Positions 49,838 through 61,586 of a stretch of 64,000 bases of DNA are shown piece by piece. The stretch is from Mobula hypostoma (Eukaryota), in contig NC_086108.1 in the NCBI RefSeq assembly GCF_963921235.1, forward strand, positions 35,280,001-35,344,000. The letters run 5' to 3'. The translations under genes and the position numbers were made by a program. The first letter of the stretch is position 1. Each line of letters begins with the position of its first letter. Under the pieces are notes generated by a model. The model was not told where the DNA came from. It saw only the letters and a program-made list of their open reading frames with translations, and did not search any database.

Positions 49838-50575
49838 GTGGCATCCGTTAGTCTTGCGAGACCATGGATCTGCGCCCAGAAAGTCTTGCTTCAGTCTGTG
49901 TTGGTAGAGAAGTGTCTGTTGTGGCTGTAGAGGCCCACACGGGAGTGACAGTCTCGGCTGCAGCGACTGCACTTGTAGGCGCTGTCCTCTAGTGTTGTCT
50001 TGGTGCTGTTTTTTCAGCGAGTGCGCTTTTCTTCAGCAGCAAGCCCCGGCTTCTATTCTCCTCTTTTTAGACCTCTGCGTAATTCCAGCCTCCAGCGAAA
50101 GCGATTGCTTGATATGTCCTCCCACCTCTCGACGTTCATGTTCAGTGACTTCATGTCTCTCTTGCAGACATCTTTGAAACGAAGATGGGGCCGCCCTTGT
50201 GCTCTCTTGCCGGAGGCCAGTTCCCCATACAGCAGGTCTTTCGGGATCCTCCCGTCTGACATGCGGTGAACGTGGCCCAGCCAGCAGAGATGGCATTGTT
50301 GGAGCAGGGTGACGAGGCTGGGTATCTGGGTACCTGGGCGCGGGCCAGGAACTCATTGTTGGTGACTCGGTCAACCCACTTGATGACCAGGATGAGTCTC
50401 AGGCTGCGAAGGTGGAAGGCGTTGAGATGCCACTCTTGTTTGGAGCAGAGGCTCCAGGTCTCGCTGCTGTAAAGCAGTGTGCTGAGGACGCAGGCCCTGT
50501 AGACTGCAACCTTGGTGTGTGTCATCAGCTTTCTGTTCTCCCAGACTCTCTTTGTCAGCCTGGTGAATGTTGAGC
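49838..50575 (-). mobile_element. RTE (BovB-like) LINE 3' end
   Basis: TKVAVYRACVLSTLLYSSETW, FHLRSLR, DGRIPKDLLYGEL..GKRAQGRPHLRFKD and a terminal C2H2 finger YKCSRCSRDCHSRVGLYSH; ~50-bp 3'UTR. Confidence 0.93.
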
Positions 50576-50734
50576 ACAACATATTCACACATTTAATAAT
50601 CAGAAAAGTTAAAAACTGCGGTGGGGGGAGGTGGTGGATGTAAAGTTTAGGCTTCATTAGCCCCAATCAGTCAGGAGACAAAATTCCTTTTTAAATGTGC
50701 TGATACAGTTGTTTTTAAATCATATCACTGCTCT

Positions 50735-50910
50735 TTACTTCACGCCCTCCCCTGTCCTGATTTCAACTATCACCTGCCACCTTGTACTTCTTCCTCTGCT
50801 ACCCCGCCCCTCCCCTCACCTTCTTCCTGGCCTGGCCTGCTGAGTTCCTCCTGCATTTTCTCTGTGTTGCTTTGGATTTCCAACATCTGCAGACTTTCTC
50901 CTGCTTGTGA
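50735..50910 (+). mobile_element. Penelope terminal-repeat fragment (hammerhead segment deleted)
   Basis: ctatcacctgcc...cctggcctgctgagttcctcc.gcatttt..tgtgttgct..gatttccaacatctgcaga. Confidence 0.75.
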
Positions 50911-51584
50911 TTTACTGCTCGTCTTTCCTCATATATAATAACAGAGAGAGAACAAATCTCTTCCTGGATAATATGAAGTCTGGTGTGGGAGTTGTTTCTC
51001 TTTCAAAGATAAACTTGCTTCCTTGCCCTGTGTTTTGTCAAGAATATTAATGCTTCATGAATCATTCTTCAAAGGGCAGCTAGAATCTTTTCTGATTCTG
51101 TACTTGGCTGGTTACTCAGGCAAACTTTTATAGATGCAGGCAAAAATCTTTATTGTTGGAAGTTAATATTAAATGCAGTTCTTAACACATAAAACACCTG
51201 ACTTTCAGAAAAATGCATGACGGTGGGAAATTACCTTGATGTAATAAAGCTGCACTGACACAGCATGAGCGCTGTATCACTAACACAATTAATTGGAAGT
51301 GATGATCAGCTGGTATTGCCATCTCCAGTAATGAAATGGCTAAAGTAAGCATATCACTACTTGTTTTTCTTCATGTCCAAATATGAAACAAGAACATACC
51401 TTTAATGTAAGTCAAAAACTTTGTCAATGGAGTTGGAAATTCCTTGTCACCAACCCTCATAAGTTTCAAGGCTATCTCTCAGGGAGATCTGTGTTATATG
51501 ACTTGGTTTTATTTGAGCAGCTTTCTCAGAAAAAAAAGAAAATAAAATCCTGTGTCACTGCTGAAAATCTAGAATACAAACATG

Positions 51585-52100
51585 TTTAAATGGCTCTGTT
51601 TATTATCGGAGAATGTATACAACGTACAACCTTGCTTTCACAGACATCCACAAAAAACAGACCCCCAAAAGAATGAATGACTGAAAAACATCAGAACTCC
51701 AAAGCCCCCTCTGCCCCTCCTCCGCGCAAGCAGCAGCAAGCGTCAATGTGTCAACCTCCCCTCCCCCTTACCCACTTCAGCAAAACGCGTCATTGCCCAC
51801 CGCCCACCAAGCAACAGCAAAGTGCCCCAGGGGGACTGTGATCTGCAGCCAGCAAGAACTATTGTTTACCCTTCAGTTCAACGTGCCACAGGCTCTCTCC
51901 CTCACTAACAAGGGACAGTGAGGTATACTGTTTCTATTTTACAGTCTCCTGTCTCACTTTTATTCTGACCCGAGAATCGACAGGAAACTCTCCCACCATC
52001 AGGAGAAAGAGAGAGACTACAGAGAGCTCCGTCCATATATTCGCCACTGTGAAATCCTGATGTTCTGCCTCCCGTGACACGTCACTCGGCAACACCAGCT
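51585..52100 (-). mobile_element. Non-autonomous element of the same family as 17954-18735
   Basis: gagaatgtatacaa...catccac..aaacaga.ccccaaaagaatgaatgac...aagcaacagcaaag aligns to the reverse complement of 18460-18730. Confidence 0.7.
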
Positions 52101-52114
52101 TGGAATTGGTCACC

Positions 52115-52885
52115 TGATGGTTTTGTAGCCAAGTTTGCTGAAAATGCTAAGATAAGTGGAGGGCCAGGTAGTGTTGAGAATGCAGGGAGCCTGCAGAGGG
52201 ACTTTGACAGATTAGGAGAATGGGCAAAGAAGTGGCAAATGGAATACAGTGTCAGGAAGTGCACATTGGTCGAAGGAATAATGGTCTTCTAAACGGAGTA
52301 AATTCAGAAATCGGAGATGCAAAGGGACTTGTGATTCCTTGTCCAGGATTCCCTAAAGTTTAACTCGTTGGTTGAGTCGGTGGTTAGGAAGGCAAATGCA
52401 ATGCTAGCATTCATTTCCAGAGGACTAGAATATAAAAGCAAGGATGTGATACTGAGGCTTTATAAGCCATTGGTTAGACCACACTTAAAGTATTGTGAAC
52501 AGTTTGGGGCCCCTTGTCCAAGAGCAGATGTGTTGGCACTGGTGAGGGTCCTGAGGAGGTTCACCAGAATCATCCCAGGAATTAAAGGGTTAATGCATCA
52601 GGAGTACTTTGTGGCTTTGGGCCTGTACTTGCAGGAGTTTAGGAGACTCAAGAGGATCTCATTGAAACCTATTGAATAGTGAAAGGCTCGAAAGAGTGGG
52701 CATGCTGAGGATGTTTCAGACAATGGGAGGGTCAAGGACCAAAGGACACGGCCTCAGAATAGAAGAATATCCCTTTAGAACAGAGATGAGGAGGAATTTC
52801 TTTAGCCAGGGGACGGTGAATCTGTGGAATTCATTGCCATAGATGGCTGTGGAGGCCAAGGAATTGGGTATATTTAAAGCAGAGC
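52115..52885 (+). mobile_element. CR1 LINE RT C-terminal part
   Basis: LQRDFDRLGEWAKKWQMEY, KANAMLAFISRG, LVRPHLKYC. Confidence 0.9.
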
Positions 52886-52949
52886 TTTAGGACATACTGG
52901 GAGCAGCATGGTCAGATCTAAAAATAAGGTGACAACTTGGCAACACAGG

Positions 52950-53645
52950 ACTTTCATTAAACAGCAGAAGTAATATGCCCACACTATCAAATATAAGTTC
53001 AGTATTTCTGTCTCATCTCTTTCTGAATGATGGTAAATAAGTAGACAGCTACTTGGAGAAGGAGGCTCCAAGGACATCTCCATCTTCAGTTTTGGCCAGC
53101 ATGTTGAATTCTAAAGACTCGACTGAAGCATTCACAACCGTGATCAGCCAGAAATGCTGAGTAGGCGATCCACCTCAACATCCCCCTGAGATTCCACCCA
53201 ATTGAATTAACTTAGTACAGCAAAATCCATGGGGACAAACATAACCCTAACTGTAGTACTGAAAACTTTTACTCCAGAATCAGCTGTCCCTTTGTCCACG
53301 TTGTTCCAGTACAGCTCCACTAATGGTATCTACTCAACATTGTGGAAAGTTGCTCAGAAATGCCCTACTTCACAAAAAGCGGACCAATTCCAAACAGGCA
53401 ATTTTCTACTCAATCAGCCTGCTCTCAAACATCAGCAAAATGGTGGAAGCTGCTGTTGATGTTGCTTTGTTGCTTTCTTAGTTGCCAATACTGATACTGA
53501 GCTTGGTTTTGCCAGAAGCACCCAGCTCCAGACCTCATTGTACCCTTGACTGAAACATGAATTACAGAGGTGAAATGAGAGTGACTGATGTTGACAACAC
53601 AGGAGAAGTTAACTAAGTACCTTGGCAATGCTGAAATCAATGGTG
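52950..53645 (+). mobile_element. Old L2/Crack-like LINE RT N-terminal relic
   Basis: VLKTFTPE.AVPLS.LFQYS...GIY...WKVAQ..P..K. Confidence 0.6.
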
Positions 53646-54568
53646 TCAGTAATTTCATTTTATGTCTGCTTTTCCCTGAGTCTGGTCTGAACCCATGCAG
53701 ATGGATAAAACCAGGTAAGACACACAGAGTAGCACAACTCAGAATTCAATCTATTAAAAACCCTAACAAATGCCACAAATAATATTACACAACATTACCA
53801 AAGATAGGATATACAACGTTACAAACAGTTGTACTTTAACAAGACTTCTGTAAGTTCTACCATATATATTTTAACCCATGGATACAACAGCTGGCCTTTC
53901 TCTCCCAACAGGGGGTCAACCTTGCTTGTAGTTGCCTTGTAAGGTACGCTTTTGTCTCTAATTATTACTTATTCTCTAACTTTAGATAATTTTAGATAGA
54001 ACTCATCATGTCAAGCATCAATATTATTCTACCTAGCACTTCATGCATGGAGTCCATTTATTTGTGCCTTTAACTGCAGCTGTTTTTCTTTCTGTCTCTC
54101 TTTCACACACACACACGCACACACACCTTCCTCTCTCTTAACACTTATAGAATCCCACTCATGATAATTTGATGAACACAACCTTCCCTTTTGATTGCAC
54201 CACCTCCCATCCTGTTTACTCAAAAAAAGGATATTTAACACCCAGTGATAACACAAAAAAAGGTGATTTGATGGGAGGAGGTTTCAGTATAGTTTATCAT
54301 CAGACTCAAATTTGTTTAGCAAGTGTTTCCACCAATATTCACGCCAGTAGATACCTGTTATGGATGGAGCTAAACACATTGATGTATATCTGTTTTTTTG
54401 TGCATAGTTTGGCTGACATGTTACGCAAGTGAAACGTTTGTCCTTGAAGTAAACTTCAGATAAAATGCTTCAGGGCTACCTGCCCAGTTCTGCATGACAG
54501 ATTTAATTCTGCAGTAGGAATTTCAGCCAACCTTTTGGTCAATTTTTGCTTCACTGTCAGTTGCGCTA

Positions 54569-54585
54569 CTATATATATATATATA

Positions 54586-54641
<56 letters not shown>
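54569..54641. repeat. (TA)n(CA)n microsatellite
   Basis: Direct reading of the sequence. Confidence 0.98.
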
Positions 54642-54644
<3 letters not shown>

Positions 54645-54689
54645 TATATTCCCTCAATAAATAAATTAAATAAAAAAATAAAATTTCAG

Positions 54690-55350
54690 CAGAGCAGAAG
54701 AGTTGGTTATTGACTTCAGGAAGGGGATCCTGCTTAGATCAATGGTGCTAAGGTCAAGAGGTTTGAGAACTTTATATTCCTAGGAGTGCATATCAGCAAT
54801 AGCCTGTTTTGGTCCAACTACATTGATGCCGCAGCCAAGAAAGCTCACTAGAACCTCTACTTCCTCCATTCCAATAAATTTGGAATGTCCTCATTGATCC
54901 TGACCAATTTTCATCAGGGCACCATAGAAAGCATCCTTTCTGGATACATCACAGGTTGGTATGGCAACTGTTCTGCTCATGACCACAAGAATGCCCATAC
55001 AGACATTTTCTCCTCTCCTCCTCCCATTGAGTACAAGTTAGAAAGCCTAAGCATACATGCCTCAAATTTCAAGGATAGCTTCTGCCCCACTGTTATAAGG
55101 CTATTGAATGGTTCTCTGGTACAATAAGATAGGTTCTTGACACTACCTTGTTATGAGCCGCACCTTACTGTCGACTTGCTCTGCACTTTCTCTGAAACGG
55201 TAACACTTTATTCTGCACTCTGTTATTATTCCATTTTTTACTACCTTAATGTGCTGTTGTACTGAATTGATCCGTATGAACAGTAAGCAAGGCAAGTTTT
55301 TCTCTCTACCTCAGTTCATGCAACAATAATAAACCAATTTACTAATTTAT
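54690..55350 (+). mobile_element. Rex-type LINE 3' end
   Basis: ELVIDFRK, TIESILSGYITGWYGNC, FKDSFCPTVIRLLN; 3'UTR with aataaaccaatt. Confidence 0.8.
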
Positions 55351-55654
55351 GCCGCATAAAGGAATAAGGTTCTAGTTGTTGGAGGTTAATAATTCCAGGC
55401 CCAGGATGATATCCGTATGAAACCAGCTGCCAATGTGGCAGCTAAGTGACATGAGCTTTGTTTATTGCAGTGGTCACTGGGAACAAAGGAATGGATGGTT
55501 GGTCATAAGAATGAAAGCTGTGGAGAAAGATTAAAGAAAGAAAGATCAGCTTTATTTGAAATATGTACACTGAAGCATACAGTGAAATGGATTGTTTGTG
55601 TCAAATCACATCAGCGGGGACAGCTTACATGTCGTCTGAATCTTTCACTTCTGG

Positions 55655-56010
55655 TGGAGAGAATATTGACTGGTTCATCATGGCCTGGTATGGAAACACC
55701 AATGTCCTTGAATGGAAAAGCCTATAAAAAGTAAGAGTTACAACCCAGTCTATCACGGGTAAAGCTCTCCCCACCACTAAGCTTCACTCAACTTCACTTA
55801 CCCCATCACTGAACTGTTCCTGAAAACTACAGACTCACTTTTAAGGACTGTTCATCTCATGCTCTTGATATTTATTGTTTATTTATTTATTCTTCTTATT
55901 ATTATTGTTTTCCTTTTGTATTTACACAGTTTGTTTCATTTTGCACATTGGTTATTTGTCCTTCCTGATGTGTACAGTCTTTCACTGATTCTACTGTGTT
56001 TCTTTGACTT
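55655..56010 (+). mobile_element. Rex-type LINE 3' relic
   Basis: ERILTG..ITAWYG-like segment plus a T-rich 3'UTR. Confidence 0.55.
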
Positions 56011-56083
56011 GGGTGGGTGAGAAGGAGCCTCCCTATAGCAGATGAAGAGTCCTTGAAAGTGAACCCATAGGAGACGCCTCCTC

Positions 56084-56356
56084 ATGACAGACATATTATA
56101 CCAAAACTCTCTGCCTCAGGTAATTAATCTGTATGCCTCACCTGTGCAGAGTAAGCGGCTGGCCATCCTCGAGCTGTTCCCACCACTGTTGACAATGTTT
56201 CAGATGGTCATTCTAGTCGGTGACTTCAACTGTATCATCAATGTGACTGGACGATCCATTTGTGTCGACAACAGGCTGGACTGCACCTCCATCTTCTTGA
56301 TGGAAACAGTTAACATAGCCAAGCTGCGTGACGCCTTCAGCACCCCTGAAGGGTGA
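56084..56356 (+). mobile_element. Tx1-like APE endonuclease fragment
   Basis: VINLYASP...RLAIL..L..LL...VILVGDFNCII...LRDAF. Confidence 0.8.
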
Positions 56357-56359
56357 GCA

Positions 56360-57165
56360 TTCAATATCAATATCTTGGAAGCTCTTTCCTGAGCACAACA
56401 ATCAATGCAATCTCAAAGAAAGCATGTCAGTAGTCCCTCCTCATTAGGAGTTTGAGACTGGCACCAAAAGTTCCTATAACTCTCTACAGATGTGCAGTGA
56501 AGGGCGTTCTGACGGGTTGCATCAGTGCCTGGTGTTGACCCTCCGATGCACAGGATCACAAGCAGCTGCAGACTCAAGCCAGATATAACATGGACACAAA
56601 CCTCCCCACCATAATGGGTGTCTTCAAGAGGCGGTGCCTCGAGAAGGTGGCAGCTATCACTAAAGCTCCTCACTATTAGGGACATGCCTTCTTCTTGTTA
56701 GTACCAATGGGAAAGAGGTACCAGAGAAGACCCACACTCAATGATTCAGAAACAGCTTCTTCCCCTCCCCTCCATCAGATTTCTAAACTATCAGTGAACC
56801 TATGAACACTACGCTGTTAATCCATTTTTGCTCTATTTATTTATTTTGTAATTTATTGTAATTTTATGCTTTTGCACTGAACTACTACTGCGAAACAGCA
56901 AATTTCACATGACACACACAAAAATTGCTGGTGGACGCAGCAGGCCATGCAGCATCTATAGGAAGAGGTACAGTCGACGAAGGGTCCCGGCCCGAAACGT
57001 CGACTGTACCTCTTCCTATAGGTGCTGCCTGGCCTGCTGCGTTCACCAGCATTTTTTGTGTGTGTGTTGCTTGAATTTCCAGCATCTGCAGATTTCCTCG
57101 TATCTGCGTTTTTAAATTTCACGTGATCTAAGTCAGTGATAATAGAGTTGATTCAGATCCTGAAT
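56360..57165 (+). mobile_element. Rex-type LINE 3' end hosting a hairpin insertion
   Basis: Decayed NFYRCAV..VLTGCISAW and LPMGKRY. The 3'UTR aaatttca(c)..tgataata..gattcagat is split by the insertion. Confidence 0.75.
56900..57126. mobile_element. ~200-bp young hairpin element from a Penelope terminal repeat, with a 13-bp TSD
   Basis: Arms 56913-56979 and 56998-57064 are near-perfect inverted repeats around the loop AAGGGTCCCGGCCCGAAA. TSD AAATTTCACATGA / AAATTTCACGTGA. Confidence 0.92.
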
Positions 57166-58121
57166 TGCAGTGTAAGATGTGAGCAGGGATCACAGCGGAA
57201 TATAGAACTGTCAGAGAAGAGGGAAGCAATAATACCACCAGTGGGTGTGTGGATAGCAGGTTGCTGGAAGGGACAGGAAGAGAAGTTGGGCAATTAGCAG
57301 TTTAGTAGGAACAAAGTCAAGTGGATTTTATAACAAGATGGGTTTGAATCAAACAAGACAGAAAATGGAAGTGGTAATCCAGAGAAAGCTGTGCACCCGA
57401 GGTTATAGAACATGAGAAGATAAGGGAGGGAGAGAAGCCACGGTGACAACTCAAGAGGTGGACACCCACTTTGAGACCGAACAAAGGCCTTTGAGGCTTT
57501 TTGATTTGATGAAGCAAAGGGTAGAGGAAGGGCAGGAAGATAAGTCCAAAGGAGATATTTTGTGGAGGCAGATATCAGGATAAAGCAAAGCACTTCAGCA
57601 GTAAAAACAAACTGATGGATTACCTCTGTTAGATACGTAGGTTATGACCAATGAAAGAAATGGCTGGAATCACTTAGCACTTAAGTGCAGGGGTGTTTAT
57701 TAGGTGTGTCAAAATTCAAATTTACAAAAGTTAGTGAAAATAGTGAAAAGAAAACTGCCACTATTTACAAAAAGGTATCTGCCAGAAAACACCAAATAGC
57801 TCCACACTTATGTATATTCTTGTCCAGTGTAAACTCCTGGCAGCCTTTATCTCTCTCTCTCTCTCCTACTGAGGGTAAAGCATCCCAGTTCTTTAGACAC
57901 AAGGACATACCACCTTTAATGACCCTCAAAGTTAATTTAAGACTACAGGTGAATTAGAATATGATGCACCCCACAATGTAGTTACAATCATATTACAACA
58001 TAAATGGAAGTATCTACCTTAAATATGGGATACAAACAACATATACGCCCTTACACATCCTCATTACTAAAGCAGTGGAATATTCCACCATGTATGGCGG
58101 GAACATACACCATGTATGTTG

Positions 58122-58240
58122 TGGAACGTGGCCAAGTGGTTAAGGCGTTGGACTAGTGATCTGAAGGTCGCATGTTCGAGCCTCATCCGAAGCAGCATGT
58201 TGTGTCCTTGAGCAAGGCACTTAACCTCACATTAACCACA
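58122..58240 (+). mobile_element. 5' part of a tRNA-derived SINE (same family as 26545-26855)
   Basis: GTGGCCAAGTGGTTAAGGCGTTGGACTAGTGATCTGAAGGTCGCATGTTCGAGCC-..GTTGTGTCCTTGAGCAAGGCACTTAAC. Confidence 0.85.
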
Positions 58241-58714
58241 CACTGCACCTGCACGTTTATAGCCCGGCAGCGGACAAGACAAGATAAAGGCACCATAAAG
58301 CCGACTTGAGTGCATCAACATGGTTTATGACTCATTACGAGAATATACTGAGGAGGACATTGAAGTGCCTGCATTCAGCGCAATGACAGCAGAATGACAA
58401 GGCAATGTTTGTGTGTGTGTGAACGCGCCTGTGTAAGGAGTGTGTTTACCGAGTGCTCTCCATCACAGCCTCAATGACTCAATGGAGGGAAATGGACAGT
58501 AGATGTATGCATCTGCAGTATCATTAAGGTTGTATGTTCCAGACAGATCTGGAATTCATTAATCGGTCCACTATATAGACAGTTATATCTGTGTCCACAG
58601 AACTAAAGGGAATGAAAAAGGCTGTTCTATAGGTAATAACAAGGGTAAGAGAAATTAATGCTTCTAATGAGGACAGGTGTTTTAAAGTTGGGACAATGGG
58701 TATTGTCATCTCAC

Positions 58715-58791
58715 TTATCATGTCATTTCTGTAGCTTTTGATCTGCTAAATTGATTTAGCAGATCAAAAGCTACAGAAAAAGACATGATAA
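58715..58791. repeat. 77-bp near-perfect palindrome
   Basis: 26-bp perfect inner arms (58726-58751 / 58754-58779) around a 2-nt loop, plus a further 10-bp outer stem. Confidence 0.95.
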
Positions 58792-59061
58792 ATAGAAAGT
58801 CCAAGGCTGAGCAATTTGAAATTTGAAGCTATAAGACTATGAGATGTGGGAGCAGCTTTACACCACTCGGCCCATTGAGCCTGCTCCTCCATGACTGAGC
58901 CTTTCTTCCCCTCCTCAGCCCCATTCCCCAGCCTTCTCTCTGTAACCTTTGATGCCATGGCCAGTCAAGAACTTATCAAGCTCTGCCTTAAATTCACCCA
59001 AATGACCTGGCCTCCACAGCTGCCTGTAGTAACAAATTTCACAAATTCACCACTGTATACT

Positions 59062-59985
59062 GAGTCCCCACCTTTACTCCCTGTATGCCCATGACTGTGT
59101 CGCTACCCACAGCTCTAATCTACTAATTAAATTTGCGGATGACAGTACACTGATTGGCCTTATCTCAAACAATAATGAGGTGGCCTACAGGGAAGAAGTC
59201 ATCTCTCTGACACAGTGGTGTCAAGTAAACAACCTCTCCCTCAATGTCGCAAAAACAAAGGAGCTGGTTGTGGATGACAGGAGGAATGGAGATGCACTAA
59301 TCCCTATTGACATCAATGGATCTGGGGTTGAGAGGGTAAACATCTTCAAATTCCTTGGCATCCACATCACCGAGGATCTCACGTGGTCTGTGTACACCAG
59401 CTGTGTGGTGAAAAAGGCACAACAGCACCTCTTTCACCTCAAACGGTTGAGGAAGTTTGGTATGGGCCCCCCAATCCTAAGAGCTTTCTACAGGGGCATA
59501 ATTGAGAGCATCTTGACTGGCTGCATCACTGCCTGGTATGGGAACTGTACCCCACTTAATCGCAGGACTCTACAGAGAGTGATGCAGACAGCCCAGTGCA
59601 TCTGCAGTTGTGACCTTCCCATGATTCAGAACATTTGCAGAGACAGGTGTGTAAAAAGGGCCCAAAGGATCATTGGGGAGATGATTCACCCCAACCACAA
59701 TTTATTCCAACTACTACCATCTGGGTAACAGTACTGAGGCCTAAAAGCCAGGACCAACAGGCTCCGGTACAGCTTCTTCCACCAGGCCGTCAGACTGATT
59801 AATTCACGTTGATTTGAGTGTATTTCTATGTTACATTGACTCTTCTATTTACTATAAATTATTATAAATTACTATGTGCATATTGCACATTTAACCAGAC
59901 TTAATGTAAAGATTTTTACTTCTCATGTATGTGAGGGATGTAAGAAATAAAGTCAATTCAATTCAATTCATTTCAATTCATTCAA
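59062..59985 (+). mobile_element. Rex1/Babar LINE 3' part (same family as 32405-34868)
   Basis: FADD.TLIG, NNLSLNVAKTKEL, FKFLGIHI, LFQLLPSG; (CAATT)n tail. Confidence 0.92.
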
Positions 59986-60535
59986 TACCCTCTGGCTAAA
60001 GAAAGGTCTCCACATCTCTGTTTTAAATGGTGCCCCTCTATCCTGAGGCTGTGCCCTCTTGTCCTAGACTCCCCCACCATGGGAAACGTCCTTGCCACAT
60101 CTACTCTGTCTAAGCCTTTCAACATTCAAAAGGTTTCAAAACTCTCCACTTCATGTAATTAATCTGTATGCCTCACCTGTGTGGAGTGAGCGGCTGGCCA
60201 TCCTCGAGCAGTTCACCTAAATTCCAGCCAGTACAGGCCCAAAACCATCAATGTTCTCCATAGGATAACCTTTTTATTCCCGGAATCATTCTTGTGAACC
60301 TCCTCTGAATCCTCCCCATGGCAGCACATCTTTTCTTAGATAAGGAGCCTAAAACTGCTCTCAATACTCAAGGTGAGGCCTCACCAGTGCCTTATAAAGC
60401 CTCAGCAAGATGTCCCTGCTCTTATGTTCTAGACCTCTTGAAATGAAAGCTAACATTGCATTTGCCTTCCTCAGCACTGACTCTACCTGCAAGTTAACCT
60501 TTAGCGTATTCAGCACAAGGACTGCCAAGTCCCTT

Positions 60536-61586
60536 GTGCTTCGGCCTTCTTTGGCCCTCACCCCATCCTCCCGTCACCACAACAGGGACAGAGTTCCCCT
60601 TGTCCTCACCTACCACCACACCAGCCTCTGGATCCAGCACATTATCCTCCGCAACTTCCGCCACCTTCAACAGGACCCCACCACTAAGCACATCTTTCCC
60701 TCTCTACCCCTCTCCACTTTCCATAGGGATTGTTCCCTTCGTGATTCCCTGGTCCACACGTCCCTCCCCACCAATCTCCCACCCGACATTTACCCCTGTA
60801 AGCGTAAGTGCTACACCTGTCCCTACACCTCCTCTCTTGCCACTATTCAGGGCCCCAAACAGTCCTTCCAGGTGAGGCAACACTCCACTTGTGAGTCTGT
60901 TGGGGTCATCTATTGCATCCGGTGCTCCTGGTGCGGCCTCCTCTACATTGGTGATACCCGACACAGATTGGGGGACTGCTTCGTCAAGCACCTCCACTCT
61001 GTCCACCACAACGGACTGGATCTCCTGGTAGCCACCCACTTCAACTCTGCTTCACATTCCCATTCGGATTTGTCCATACATGGCCTCCTCTACTGCCATG
61101 ATGAGGCTAAACTCAGGTTGGAGGGGCAACACCTCATATGCCATCTAGGTAGTCTCCAGCCCCTTGGCATGAACATAGAATTCTCCAACTTCCGGTAATT
61201 CCCTCCCCCTCACTTCCCCCAACCCAGATTCACTCTGGCCCCTCCTCCAGCTGGCTATCACCTCTCTCATGGCTCTGCCTCCTTCTACTACCCATCGTAC
61301 TTTCCTCTATTCCTTCTTCACCTTTCCTGCCTATCCCCTCCCTGCTTCCCCTCCCCCACCCCTTGATCTTTCCCCTTACTGGTTTCTCACCTGGCACCTA
61401 CCAGCCTTTTCCTTCCCACCCTCCCCCCACCTTCTTTATAGGGCCCCTGCCCTCTCCCTCTTCAGTCCTGACGAAGAGTCTCGGCCCTAAACGTTAACTG
61501 TTCATTTCCACGGATGCTGCCCGATCTGCTGAGTTCCTCCAGCGTGTTGCTTTGACCCCAGCGTCTGCAGAGTATTTTGTGTTTAT
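60536..61586 (+). mobile_element. Penelope-like 3' end (uninterrupted GIY-YIG frame + terminal repeat) with a 16-bp TSD
   Basis: RVPLVLTYH, C..C.TC, VIYCIRCSWCGLLYIGDT..RL..F..H, LGSLQPLGMN; degenerate hammerhead at 61463-61500. TSD GACT(G/C)CCAAGTCCCTT at 60520-60535 and 61587-61602. Confidence 0.93.

Noticed and set aside
58122..58195. tRNA gene-like sequence (also 26780-26855 minus)
   Set aside because: It lacks a proper cloverleaf and acceptor stem and continues into SINE body sequence; it is a SINE head.
60410..61198. 262-aa ORF as a novel gene
   Set aside because: A chimera of antisense CR1 sequence and a 5'-truncated Penelope GIY-YIG frame.
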